64,000 nucleotides of DNA from Lama guanicoe (taxonomy: Eukaryota): the NCBI GenBank assembly GCA_013239625.1, contig MU053873.1:2928524-2992523 (forward strand), written 5' to 3'. The position numbers were made by a program, and so were the translations under genes. Positions 23,781 through 36,274 of this stretch are shown here, piece after piece; the first letter of the stretch is position 1; every line of letters starts with the position of its first letter. A model generated the notes under the pieces. The model saw only the letters and a program-made list of their open reading frames with translations, made no database searches and was not told where the DNA came from.

Positions 23781-24964
23781 CTGTGTAACTCGTTTAAGAA
23801 TAACAAAAAGAATGGCAGAGCTATGCGCCAACAGAATTCAACGTGAAGTGGAAAAATCCAAGGCAGTGTAGTGGGTATAACAGCTCTCATGTGGGTAAAA
23901 GGAATACATTTGAACAAGGTAATGGGAGTTGCCTCAGCAGAGCAGAACCGAGGCTTGGGGTGGGAGAGGGAATCACTTTTTACTGTGCGTCATTTCTTTA
24001 TAGCTTCATTAATTTGCCACGAGCATACTACTTTGATAGAAATAGTAATTAGTAATAGTAATTAATAGTAATAATGAACGCCCTGAGGTTTGCCACCCCA
24101 GTTTCAGAGAAGAGCAGAGAACAAACTCCAGCCTCTCTCGGGGTTTCTGACAGCTCTCACATTTCCACGGTGGGTGAGCATCACTGCAGCAGGGAGGCCC
24201 CAGGGACAACAGCCGTGCTCCGTTTCTCATCCCTCCCTCACCCCTCCTGGGAGAGGAGGGACCACCTGACTGGAGGTATTAGGGAGGAAGGTATTCGGGG
24301 CATCACTGACATCCACTGCATCCTATTAGCAGGGCAAAGCTGCTGGACCAAAAACCCAGCAGTGAAGTTCCCTGCTTCCCTTTCCAGACTTCTCTCCTTG
24401 TGCCTGGGTCCCCCGAATCAAAGTCCCTTGGGGAGGACAGAGTGTAGGTGTCCATCCGTGGTCTGCAGCCCAGCTTCACCCGTGATCAAGCTGGTCCCAT
24501 CTGGCTCCTTTTGTCTGTCTTCCACTTGGTGAAAATCAGAGGAGAGGATCACTGAGGTGAGTGATGACCATCTCCGCCCCCTGCACTGACTAGTTAAGAG
24601 TCCAGAGTCCAGACCATGGGTTTCATGGTCTTGTTTATTATACTGAGGTTAAACACAAGAACCTGGACATCACCTAGCACATCACAATCTTCAAGGGAGT
24701 ACTGACTTCGCAGTTCTATCAAGCGGTCTGTGGTGGTCCTCCATTTTTGCAAGACAAATGGGAATCTTCAGATATAAGAAGACCATCAGAGCCACTGCAG
24801 ATTTTTCACCACATCTTCAAAATTGATCCCCAATCAGGATTTGTACCAGATGAGCCCTTGGAAATGATCAAATCATTGTGGGTAGTTGGGTTAGTACTTT
24901 CAAGATGTAAATCAGATCATAGGATCTCTGATTAAAACCCACCAGTGATTGAGAATAAAACCAA

Positions 24965-25540
24965 AATATTGTTAAAAACGACCATACTACCCACAACAAT
25001 CTACAGATTCAATGTCATTCCTATCAAAATACCAATGACATTTTTCACAGAACTAGAACAGATAATTTAAAAACTTACATGGCAACACAAAGTCCCTAAA
25101 TACCAAAAACAGCCTTGAAGAAGAACAGAGCTGGAGGAATCTTACCCCTTGACTTCAGATTATACTACAGAGCTACAGTAATAAAAACAGTGTGGTACTG
25201 GCACAAAAATAGACACATACGTCAACAGAATAGCACAAAGAGCCCAGAAATAAACCCACACACTTACAGTCAATCTGTGACAAAGGAGGGAAGGACATAC
25301 AATGGAGAAAAGACAGTCTCTTCAATAAGTGGTGCTGGAAAAACTGGACAGCTACTTGTAAAAGAATTAAACTAGAACATTCTTCAACATTACAAACATA
25401 TACAAAAATAAACTCGAAAGGGATTAAAGACTGAATGTAAGACCGAATACCATAAAACTCCTAGAGGAAAACATGGGCAGAACACTCTTGGACAAAAATT
25501 GCAGCAATGTATTTTTTTGGATACATCTCCTAAAGCAAAG
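24965..25540 (+). mobile_element. Internal L1 ORF2 fragment, no 3' UTR or poly-A
   Basis: Decayed ORF2 peptides ...[28 protein letters not shown]... and [34 protein letters not shown]...[11 protein letters not shown]. Confidence 0.93.
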
Positions 25541-28354
25541 GCTTGTCAAGCCAGCCTCTCCACCAGGCTCAGACATTCATCGCTCCGAAAACAATCGTCT
25601 AAGGAGATTACTTCCAGGGGCACTGAGTAGTCGCAGACAGAGCATGAGAAACATCTAAGGCAGGTCAGACCCTGTCAAGGAACTAGGGTTCCACTCAACA
25701 CAGTCCAACGGGGGAGTTGAATGAACTCAGTTTTTCAGTTTTACAAGGCACCCAAGAACCTGGGCCCCACCATGAGAGAAGCAAAGAGAGCAAGCTGTAT
25801 CTTAAAAAGGTATTTTTAGATATCCCAGTTTTCCCACACATTGAAAACCCTGCTTTTCTCCTGGACTTTGCTCCCTAAGTCCAGCCTGTACCATCCACAG
25901 TAGTCAGAGGAATCTTTCTAAACCATCCCTTTCCAGTGGCTTGTGGTCTCTCCCAGGTTTCCTGTCCTTCCCTTAACTTCCAATACTACCAAAAACATAC
26001 TGCTGGGTATTCTCGCCTTGCCTTAACTCCTCCCCGAAAGATAAGCCACACCATTAATCACACGATCGTACTTGTCTAACATCTTTTCTATTCTTCCTTA
26101 CTAGGAGCAAGTTTCCTGAGGACAGCAATCCTGTCTGTCCAATTCGTCCCTGTCACCCTAGAACCTATCCCATGACCACGAGCCTGACACACAGTAGGTC
26201 CCTCATAAATATCTATTCAGTGAATCCTAACCGTGCCTGCAGCATTGTTGAGAACATGACTCAGGGTGTTAAATTAAGCCCACCTCTCTAAGTGAGGGCT
26301 TACAGACCAGCAGACGGTTAACACTGCCTCGCTACCATAAAGGTGAACCCTTAGGAAACAAAGATGCTTTGGTTTAAAGGATCACGGATGGAGAGTTGTT
26401 TTAGGTGAATGAAAGCACCTATTCCTAATTCAAAATATAATCTCATCACGGTGCCAGGAGAGAGCAGGAAGGTAGCCCGCTCCCATCAATCACACGGTTT
26501 GCTTCAGCAGCGGGAGGGCAGATGGAAACTCGACTGGTGAATCTGCTTGTTGGTCTCAGCGCTTTTCTGCCACCACCCAACATGCCACAGTCGCACGCAT
26601 GGAGGGGAGATTTCAGTGCAATGTGCGTATCACCCCAAAGCTCACACCAACTGCATCTGTGAGTGGACACCTCGACCCCTCCCATGTCTGCTGCAGAAGC
26701 CCCCCGGGGGGCTGCAGGGGACTAACAGCAGGTGTTAAAAGGATAAGCTTTTACAAGGCAAGAAAAGACTCTTTCAGTGTTTAGGCTGCAAGAGTAATTA
26801 TCTGATAATTGTCCTCTGTGAGCTGGCTTCTCCCCCCACAAATGGGCTTCCTTTGTAATTCATGTTGGGTTCAGAAAGCCTTGAAGATTCTTTTATGTCC
26901 AGTTACGTTTCATCAGAGCGGTGGTGCATCCATCTTCCCAGTGAATGAGCCCACATAGCAGTTGGCACAGGGGTGCGATCCCGCCTTTGTATCTTTAACA
27001 ATCTGATTAACTGTGGCTGACATCAGTGCCAACAGATTAGCATTTAAACCCTCCCCTCACTTCCCACCTCCCTCTGCCCCGCCCTCCCCCCACCCTCCCC
27101 CATTCACATCTCATGGTGCGACTTGGTGATGTCTTGCTGGTAGTGATGGGGAGAGGAACACGGCGTGATTTCTTTGTGTACATGAAAATCTGTGAGTCAC
27201 TGAGGGAGGACTGGGAGACAGACACACAAGACAGCTCAGAGGGGAACCCCCCGGTGGGAAATCTATCTGGGTCCAATTACCTGCATCCTCACATAGACAA
27301 ATATAATACTTGGGAATGAAGCCAGATGGCCTGGGAGTGAGTTTAAAAGACATCACCAGTCAGCTCACAATTTCTCACCTGTGTGTTCACATTCACAGAG
27401 AAGAACAAAGCGCACATTGCCATCCTGGGATGCTTCTGAGACAAGCCCAGAGTGGAGAAGGTCCAGGGAATCAGGAGACCCAGGTTTTCCACCAAATTAC
27501 TATATACTTCGGGCAAATTCTCTCAAAGCCTCAGTTTCTTGCTTGACAAGGTTAAGAGAGTCATCTGAGCCTGGTCAACTTTAAAGAAACAAAACTGGGG
27601 CGACGGGGAGCAGTAACATGTATGAGTGAGTTTCAGAACTGTGAGGCTTAATCTGTTTCATTAAAGAGTTGAGGGCTGGCCTGTCTTCAGACAGAACACG
27701 GACAGCAGTGGCTTTATCTGCTGCGGGCAAACAAAACATCTTCATGGCTTTACCTGCAGCATTGAAATGCTTTTTTTCCTTTTTCTTTTCCTGAAATGTA
27801 GCTATTGTTATCTTCATTTTAATAAAGAGGAAACACCGGTAAGTGGCAGAGGGTTAGGGTTTGAACTGGGGCTTTCTGACCCTCAAACCTGTGCCTGTGT
27901 TTGTGTCTCCCCTCCAGCTGACCCTGACCCTGACCCTGGCCTGGCTGCTTCCTGGCTGCATGCTGCATGCTACCTACTACCAACAATTCAGCACTGGAGC
28001 TGTTCCAGCTAAGAGGCCCGCAAAGACGGAGGAGGGTGCTGACTGCGCCCTGCAGTAGCAGAACACCAGATGCTCTTCCTGAGGCCTGGACCTCAGAGGA
28101 AAGCGGGAGGACAACTTCGACAAAGGCAGAATCTAAAGAGGTGGGGGAAGCTGCCCAGCACCCCCACTTCACAGGTAGGCAAACTGAGGCCCGTGGGGCA
28201 AAGGAAAAAGCTGGATTAGGCAAGTCAGGATGCCTTGTTAACTCACCCTATGGCCTTTGGTAAGCTCATTCTCATCTCTGGGCCTCAGTTTTACCCTCTG
28301 TTTAATGGAATCATCTCTTCAAATAAAACCTTAAGAGGAATGACAAAGTCCAAT

Positions 28355-28949
28355 TGTGCAGTAAAGGATTAACTCAGCAGGCCTGGTCCACACCCTGAAC
28401 ATCCCAAGGGAAGGCTTGGCCTTGCCCCTGGCTCTTGGGATGGAACCTTTAAGCCCTTGGAATATCCTGCCTGGTAAGAGCATCTCTGTTTAGCTGGTGG
28501 CATTGGGCCCCACCAGGAACACCATGTGAACAATGTGACTTATGGCGGGGGCCTGGGGCTTGGCATCAGTTTGACCTCTAGAGGGGCTGGGGACTAAGAC
28601 AAGCCCCCTGGGTGGTCAGTCACACCTAAGTGATCAACCCAGTAAAACCCCCGGGGACCAAAGCTCAGGAGAACTTTGGGGGCTGACAATACTCTGCGGG
28701 TGTCACACAACGTCGTCCCTGGAGGTTAAGCACTGTGGGCACGGCTCTACTGGGAGAGGAGAACTGGGAGCCTGTGCCTGCCGCTCCTGGACTCCGCTCT
28801 ACGTGCCTTTTCCCTTTGCTGATTCTAGTCTGTATCCTTTCGCTGTAACAGACCATAACTCTGGTTATGGTGGCTCTCCTGAGTTCCGTGAGTCCTTGTA
28901 GCAAATGACTGCACCTGAGGGTGGTCTTGGGGACCACTGAACCCCCATA
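28355..28949 (+). mobile_element. MER77/MER21-group ERV solo LTR
   Basis: Starts tgtgcagtaaaggattaac; contains taagcccttggaatatcctgcctg, aacaatgtgacttatggcggggg, ctactgggagaggagaactgg; ends gagggtggtcttggggacc. Confidence 0.8.
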
Positions 28950-29549
28950 GTCAGCCAAAAGTGGAACCTCATGGATTGAATCAGGAGTGAGGGGTGGGAG
29001 TCTGAGAGCTGCTCCCCTAAGTTTTTTCCTTCCCTGGGGCACATTTGATGATGATGATGGTGGTGATGATGGAAGCTAATGGTGATGCCGGGTCCTGCAG
29101 TTCATGCTTTTATATGAACCACTTCATTTACTTTTCTTAGCACCCTGGGAAGTAGGTAATACTATTACTCTCCTCCCCATTTGACAGATGAGAAAACTGA
29201 GACTCAAAGAAGTTTGGTTTACTTGCCAAAAGCAACCCAACTAGTAGCTGGTGGGGTTGAGAATTGAACATGATTTGTAAAGCACTCGGAAGGCTGGTCT
29301 TTCATACCCTTCTCAGATCATCTGTCTTAGAGATAGATGACTTTAAGGGACAGTTTATCTTTTGGGGCCATGGCTGAGAATTCTGGGACTTGGGGGAAGA
29401 AACAGTTTCTACTTATCCTCCACTTTTCCTCTGCTCTCTCAGGTGACTTTGTCCGTGCCAGGTCCATATCTGCTAACTTCTAGGTCAACCTCAAGGGGGA
29501 CTTGGGCCTGAGACAGAAGCCATTGCATTCAATTCTACCCTCGCCTTAA

Positions 29550-29672
29550 CCCATCCATCCTATTCCATTCCATTCCAAATCCATTCCACCCATCCTATCT
29601 CTTTCCGTCCCATCCCATCTCACCCATTCCTTCCTATTCCATTTCAGTCCATCCCTTCCCATTCCATCCCAT
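29550..29672. repeat. Degenerate (CCATT/CCATC)n simple repeat
   Basis: ccatccatcctattccattccattccaaatccattccacccatcc...ccattccatcccatc. Confidence 0.85.
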
Positions 29673-31084
29673 CATCACGTATCGAGCACACACTGTGTGT
29701 CGGGTGGATACAGGATGCACAACACATCATCTCTACCCTCAGCCTCACACAGCTCAAGGTTCTCACTGGGCAGATGAGCTCAGTGAATCCTGGGGAGTAG
29801 ATTGGCACCATCTAATGCCAAGCCCCAGGCTCCTCCGTTCTGTAACTCCTGAGCCTTGATGTCTGCTTCCTGGAGTTCAGCCAGCCTCTGCCCAGAGCCT
29901 AATGAGCTCTTGCAGCCAACAAGAACAATGCCTCGGGTGTGCACGGGCCTGAGGCCGAGGCGGTGCACAGAGCCTCCCTTCACCCCGAGGCCTGCCCGGT
30001 GGGCAGGTGGTAGGTGCAGGGCTTGGGGGACACGCTGGAGGGGGCGGATCCGATGGTCCTCAGAGTGGTCATTGTCAGCCCCCGAGTCTGGCAGAGACCA
30101 CACAGAGAGCCTCAGTGCCCTGGTGCCCACCTGGCCCCCTTCACGGGCACTGAGCCCGCACACACTGGCACCGGGCCATCTCCCTTGGGTGGGAGGAGGA
30201 TGTCTTTTATTCACTTAGCAGTCAACTCTGCCAAGGTTGGCTCAGCACATGTGGGCCTGTGACACAGGGAAAGAGACGCAGAGAGACGAACGAGGAACAA
30301 TGCCAGTCTGTCTTTTTCACGAACAATAATGGCAGCTTCATTCACAGGACCGCTAATAATTCTTACGTAATGACAATAACGGCCACCACTTTTTGGACCT
30401 TACGATGTGCTAAGTGTTCTACATGCACTGTCTCTTTTAATCCTCAGCACTACTGTCTGATAAGGGACTGTTCATTTCCCTGTTCTGCTAGTGGGAAAAC
30501 GGAGGCTCAGAGAGGGAATTCACTCACCCAAGAATACACTGGGAGAGGGTGGTAGAGCAGGGATTCAAAACCAGGTCTGTTTGACATGTGAGCCCTTGAA
30601 CTTCTAGCTCTATTCCATTTCAGGTCCTGTTGAAAGCATCCTAGATTCATTATCTTATTTACTTTTCACAATAGCAATTTCTTCATTCATCCATACACTC
30701 ATACAGTCATTCAACAAACCCACCAAGAACCCACTGGGTGCCAGGCACTGTGCTCAGAGATATGGAAGCAGGTATACAGTATGTTAGGAGCAGTCTCTAT
30801 TCTTGGAGTGAATGAAAATGAAAGGGAGGGGAGCTAACTCTAGAGCCCCTGCTTTCCCCTCCCAGATGCCCACATCTGTCTGAGGCTATGGGACCAGGAG
30901 CAAAGGAAGCCCTGATGTTTATCCTTGACCTGGGTTATCTACTTGGCATAAGATAACCAGATGGAGCCTGGTCAAATGATAAGAACACTGGGTGAGAGCT
31001 CGAGTCTATTGTGTCCAGAACTCAAAAGTGAGGATGGTCATACAGACCATATTTAGAATCTCTTGGTTCCAAACATACTTTTTA

Positions 31085-31630
31085 ATATTTTTCATAAACT
31101 TTAACTGAAGTGTAACATATGCATAGAAAAGTCTACTCAATGAACCTTCTCAAGCTGGACACACCTGCATAACTAGCCACCAGATCATGAAGCAAAACAC
31201 TGCCAGCACATTCTGTATCTTCTGGTCACAGCCCCTTCAAGGTAACCCAAATTTTGGCTTCTATTGTGGAAGGTTGTTTTTAGCTACTTATGAATTCATT
31301 GGGTAATTATGCAACATGTCCTATTTTGTATCTGACTTATTTCACTCATATATATGAGATTTATCCATGTTGTCACATGTAGTGGTAGTTCACTCCTTTT
31401 TATTGCTGCATAGTATTCCATTCTGTGATTACACTATACATTATTCATTCTATGGCCAATGGACATCCGAGTTGCTTCCAGCCCTCCGCTACTGTGAATA
31501 GTACAACTGTGAACACTGTATTACATGTTTCTTGGTGCACATGTATACCTATCCCTGCTGGGTTATTCCAGTGCAATGCTGCTTCCACAGTATGGCATGT
31601 TCATCTTCAGCAGACACTGCCAAAGATTTA
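31085..31630 (-). mobile_element. Old L1 (L1MC/ME-like) 3' region
   Basis: tatctgacttatttcactc...gagatttatccatgttgtcacatgtagtggtagttcactcctttttattgctgcatagtattccatt. Confidence 0.8.
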
Positions 31631-33675
31631 GTATAAGTCTTCCAATTTTGACAAAAAAATTATCCAGCTGCTTTCCTCTGATGCAGTAACTAGTGGACCG
31701 ACAGAAACCTAATCTTGTTTATAGAAATACTAATAGTTACTATTTTTATTGCCGTTCTGTTGTTCCTATCTTTCAAGGACTTGGGCATGAAAGCACATAC
31801 GAAGCCCCAAATGAATGGTTTGGATAAAAACCTGACCAAAGTGCACATCCCAAGAGGCCAATCAGACATTATTCCAATACCAATTTCCATTTTCCAAGGG
31901 TCGGTTGGCCACACTTCATCCTCATTTGGTGTCTGGATCATCCGTGGACATCTCATTACATCCTTGAATGGGGATTGCTTCTTGCAGCTCCTTCTAACTA
32001 AGTGTAAAATGAATCCAGGGGGCTGGGCTTGCCTGCAATGAGGGTTCAAGATGGCGGGCCACAGAGAGGGGCAGGGAGGCAGGGGGGTCCAGGCACGGGG
32101 AGGAGCCATAATCATCCAAGAGGCACCAGGGAGGGCTTCTCCCCAAGGGCCAGCCTTAGGCAACCAGGCTTTAAGCTGGAGGCAATGCAACCCCTGTGTA
32201 CCAACTTGACTCCCTCTTGAATGAAGAAGAGATGACAGGAGGGGTACAAGGATGAGACCAGGAAGCTCTGCAATGGTCCAGAATTTAAATCTCCAAGACG
32301 TCTGAATCCATATCCTCCCTGAAGGGCACTGGAGACTTTCACGGCTGCCCTCCCGCACTCTTGCCTCTTCCTTTTTTGCCACCATATCTCTGCTGGTGCT
32401 GCTTCCTCTACCAGGAGTACTTAACCCCCCGACACACAGAAGCTCACACACACATCACAACCTTCAGCATCAACATCTCTGTTTCCAAAATCTCTGCCAT
32501 TGCTGCTATTACAACTTAAGTCTCCTGCTTTTGCTCTTGTGGCTTCTTGTGTGTTTTTTGTTAGTTTTTAGAATTGCAAAAGAATCCTTACTTTTTGTTT
32601 GGGGAAATTGAGCCCAGAGAGGGAAAGTGACTTATCCAGTGTTACCCAGGAAGCAAAGAAGATGACAACAACAACAATATTAAAAACATCTCAGTAATAA
32701 TAATTGAGCCCTTACTAGGTGCCAAGAATTGGGCTCAAGGCACCACCATCCAACATCTTATTTAATCCTGTGACAGGTCCTGTGTTTTGTCCATTTGGTA
32801 GATAAAGAAACTGAGGTTCAGAAAAATGAAATTTTTATCCTGAAGCTTCTGAATGTAGGCTTAGCACTGTCCCTGGGTCTCTCCAGCTCCAGGGCAAGTG
32901 TCTTTAACTACTTCTTGTGTTCTTGGCTCTCTGACACCTTCCCAGGGTTCTTCTTCTTGCTAGCAATCTCCTTTTTAGACATCCTTTCTCCCCTCATTTC
33001 CTGGTCCTCTCCCTTTGTGCACCAGGTTTGTAACCGGCATGACAAGTCATCGGCCACCGCTGGAACAACACTGGTGGGCAAGATAATGCAATATTGATCT
33101 TCCCACGGCAGATTCTACTCCTTGTAGCCACGCGGAAGGGAGATTAATGCAGAGCCCTGGCAGATAGCAAACAGCATCTGTAAGGCAGCTTCTGTGACAA
33201 GCAGGATAACATGCTTTATTAGCCTCATGACAAGACAATGTTTTACCATAATTTTTGATCAGACACTGGGTGATGCTCGTATCTAAATGTGTTTCGGAGG
33301 CGGTCACGCTGTGTAAGTAGCAAATGAAAAATGAAGTCAGTGGTGGGGGCTGGTAGGTTGGAGACGGGGGTTTATCTCTGTTTTCCAAAGGGCCACAGAA
33401 AATGCAATGAATGCTCAGACCTCCAAACTAGCAGGCCAGGGTTCCTATGCTGACCTTGGGACAGTGTCCACCACACCTCTCTACACTCCAGGCTTATGTA
33501 TTCATTAAAGTTCCCAATCTTCTGCCAGAAAACTCTGGGTATTGCCTTCCCTGAGGCCAGTGTTTCTTAAAGGACCACTTGCATCAGAATCTTCTGGGCC
33601 GATTAAAAATGCAGATTCCTAGGTTCATCTCAAATCCAGTAAATTAGAGTTTTTTGCAGGGGTAGGTGGGACCAA

Positions 33676-34372
33676 TTTTTGTGTGTGTATGTATATATAT
33701 ATATTTATTGAAGTATAGTCAGTTTACAATGTTGTGTCAATTTCTGGTGTATAGCACAATGCTTCAGTCATACATCAAGATATATATATTCGTTTTCATA
33801 TTCTTTTCACTGCAGGTTACTACAAGATATTGAATACAGTCCTCTGTGCTACACAATGTAAACTTGCTGTTTATATATTTTATATATGTTAGTTAGTATT
33901 GGCAAATCTCAAACTCCCAAATTATCCCTTCCTTCCTCTTTCCCCCGTTGATAACCATAAGTTTGTCTTCTATGTCTGTGAGTCTGTTTCTGTTTGTAAA
34001 TAAATTCATTTTTCTGTTTTTCAGATTCTACATATAAGTGATATCATATGGCATTTTTCTTTCTCTTTCTGGCTTACTTCACTTAGAATGACAATCTCCA
34101 GGTCCACCCATGTTGCTGCAAATGGCATTATTTTATTATTTTTTATGGCTGAGTAGTATTCCATTGTATAGATACACCACAGCTTCTTTATCCAGTCATT
34201 TGTCAATGGACATTTAGGTTGTTTCTATGTCTTGGCTACTGTAAATAGTGCTGCTATGAACACTAGGGTGCATGTATCTTTCTGAATTAAAGTTCCCACT
34301 GCCAAGAAGTGGGATTGCTGGGTCATATGGTAAGTCTATTTTTAGTCTTTTGAGAAATCTCCATAATATTTT
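33676..34372 (-). mobile_element. Relatively young L1 3' end (camelid/artiodactyl type), inserted into a MER5-like MITE
   Basis: ORF2 C-terminus DWIKKLWCIYTMEYYSAIKNNKIMPFAATWVDLEIVILSEVSQKEKEKCHMISLIC plus 3' UTR. MER5-like sequence resumes on both sides (about 33558-33675 and 34373-34415). Confidence 0.92.
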
Positions 34373-34744
34373 CTGTAACAGTAAGCCAGGTGCTCACTGA
34401 TGTTTAAGGCTCATTGCCTTTGGGAGTTCCGGGCATGGAGAAAATTACATCCCATAATATCCCCACAACCATGCCATTACACCAGTGAATTTGCACTGAA
34501 CTGCACTGCAGTTAATCATGTAATCTTTTTAGATTACTTTATCGTGTACACTGCACAGTCACCACCACTGCCCTATGTGGTCCTAGAACTACCTTGTGGG
34601 AAAGAAATTACCTTCCCATTTTACAGAGAAGGAAACCGAGGCTCAGAGATGTACACGCTTCACTTCCAATACACAGAGCAGCCAGTGCTGATCCCCTGCC
34701 TCTCCTTCAAACACATTTTACTCTCCGGGATTTTCCCTAGGAGG

Positions 34745-34950
34745 GTGATTCTCAACTGGGGGTGATTATGCCCAGCATAGGGCAGTCAGTAATGTCTGGA
34801 GACATTTTTGGTTGTCACGACCCAGGTGGGGAGTGCTGCTGGCATCCAGCGGGTAGGGGCCAGGGATGCTGCTCAACACTACAGCGCACAGGTGGTCCCC
34901 ACCACAAAGAGCCACCCAGCCTCAATGTTAGCAGTGCCCAGGTAGACAGA
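34745..34950 (+). mobile_element. MER20 hAT MITE
   Basis: gtgattctcaactgggggtgattatgccc...aatgtctggagacatttttggttgtcac...ggccagggatgctgctcaacac. Confidence 0.85.
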
Positions 34951-35840
34951 GAACACCAGACTATGCCCCCTACTTCATCCTACTTAGATCCTATTCTAAG
35001 CTCACTGAGATGCTTCTGGAGAGTTTAGACTCTGGATCCCTTCAGTTGCCAAAGGGAGAGTGGACTGTAATGAAAAAGCAAATTCTGGAAGCTTATTAAG
35101 TCATTTGCATGACCTTGGCCATGCCAGCCCTCCCTGCTGAGCCTCAGTTTCCTCTTGAAGGACAGGGGTGGAGTGATTAGGCTAAATAAGACTCCCCCTG
35201 TCACTTTAAACCTGTCCTGAGATCTGATTATGTCTAATTTTCTGTTAATGCTGGGTGACCTCTTTTGGAAGATGAGACAAGATCTGAGAGGCTGGCCTTT
35301 GTGAAAGGCAAAGTTATTGTGCATTTTGGCCGATCTGTCTTCCCGCCTCATCAGCCAGATTTGCTCCACATTAAAAAGGATCTCCCAAGGCAGAGAATGC
35401 TTTGGAAGGAAATTGGATTGGAATTTAATGGATGGCCTGGGCGATATGCCATCGCCATTAAATTACCCTGAAAAGCCGGCCCGTTGTTCTGTACAGAAGC
35501 AACATGGCTTTGTTTGGATAATGCCATGTGTGTGAATTCAGTTTCTTCCCACTGGATCCACTGTGAGTAGAAGCCCCTCTTAGATGCCAGTGGAGCGGAC
35601 GCAGGCCAGCGCCCCCAATGGTCTTCATGCACATCCTGGCTGGGAGGGTCTTGAATTCAGCAGAGCCTCCAGATCTAATTTCTGCCCCTCATTCTCTCCA
35701 GGAAACTTCCCTGCAGGGGGTGATTCCCTCTTTGATCTGATTATACCATCCCTTGCCTTAAAACCCTTCCATGGACCTCTACCATCGATGCCAGCAATCC
35801 ACCAATCCACCAATTCCAGGGGCAACTGAGAGGCGTGCCC

Positions 35841-36274
35841 CAGTAGAAACTGTACTTTGAATGTTGAATTTGGATCTTTTTCCGGGCTAGTGCTCTGCGG
35901 CCCAAACCTTTCTCACGATGCTGGGCAGTGGTAGCAACCTTCAGCTCCCAGTCAGCTCCGCAGTCACAGGATAAACCACTGATATACTTACAACCACTCA
36001 GTACCCATACAACCATATTCAGTTTTCATATTCAGTACAATATTCAATAAGTCACATGAGCTATTCAACACTTGGTATAAAACAGGCTTTGTGTTAGAGG
36101 ATTTTGCCCAACTGTAGGCTAATGTCCGTGTTCCCAGCACGTTTCAGAAAGGCTACACTAAGCTATGAGGTTTTGTAGATCAGGATATTAAATGCATTTA
36201 GACTTATGACACTTTCAACGTATGATGGGCTTACTGGGCTATATAACCCCATGGTAAGTCTGGGAAGAACTGTA
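35841..36274 (+). mobile_element. Tigger2a-like Tc1/mariner MITE, left end missing
   Basis: cagtagaaactgtactttgaat...gctttgtgttagaggattttgcccaactgtaggctaatgt...aaccccatggtaagtctgggaagaactg+ta. Confidence 0.8.

Noticed and set aside
31690..32451. 253-aa minus-strand ORF, the longest outside SEZ6L
   Set aside because: Non-ATG start, no recognisable domain and composition typical of random intronic frames.
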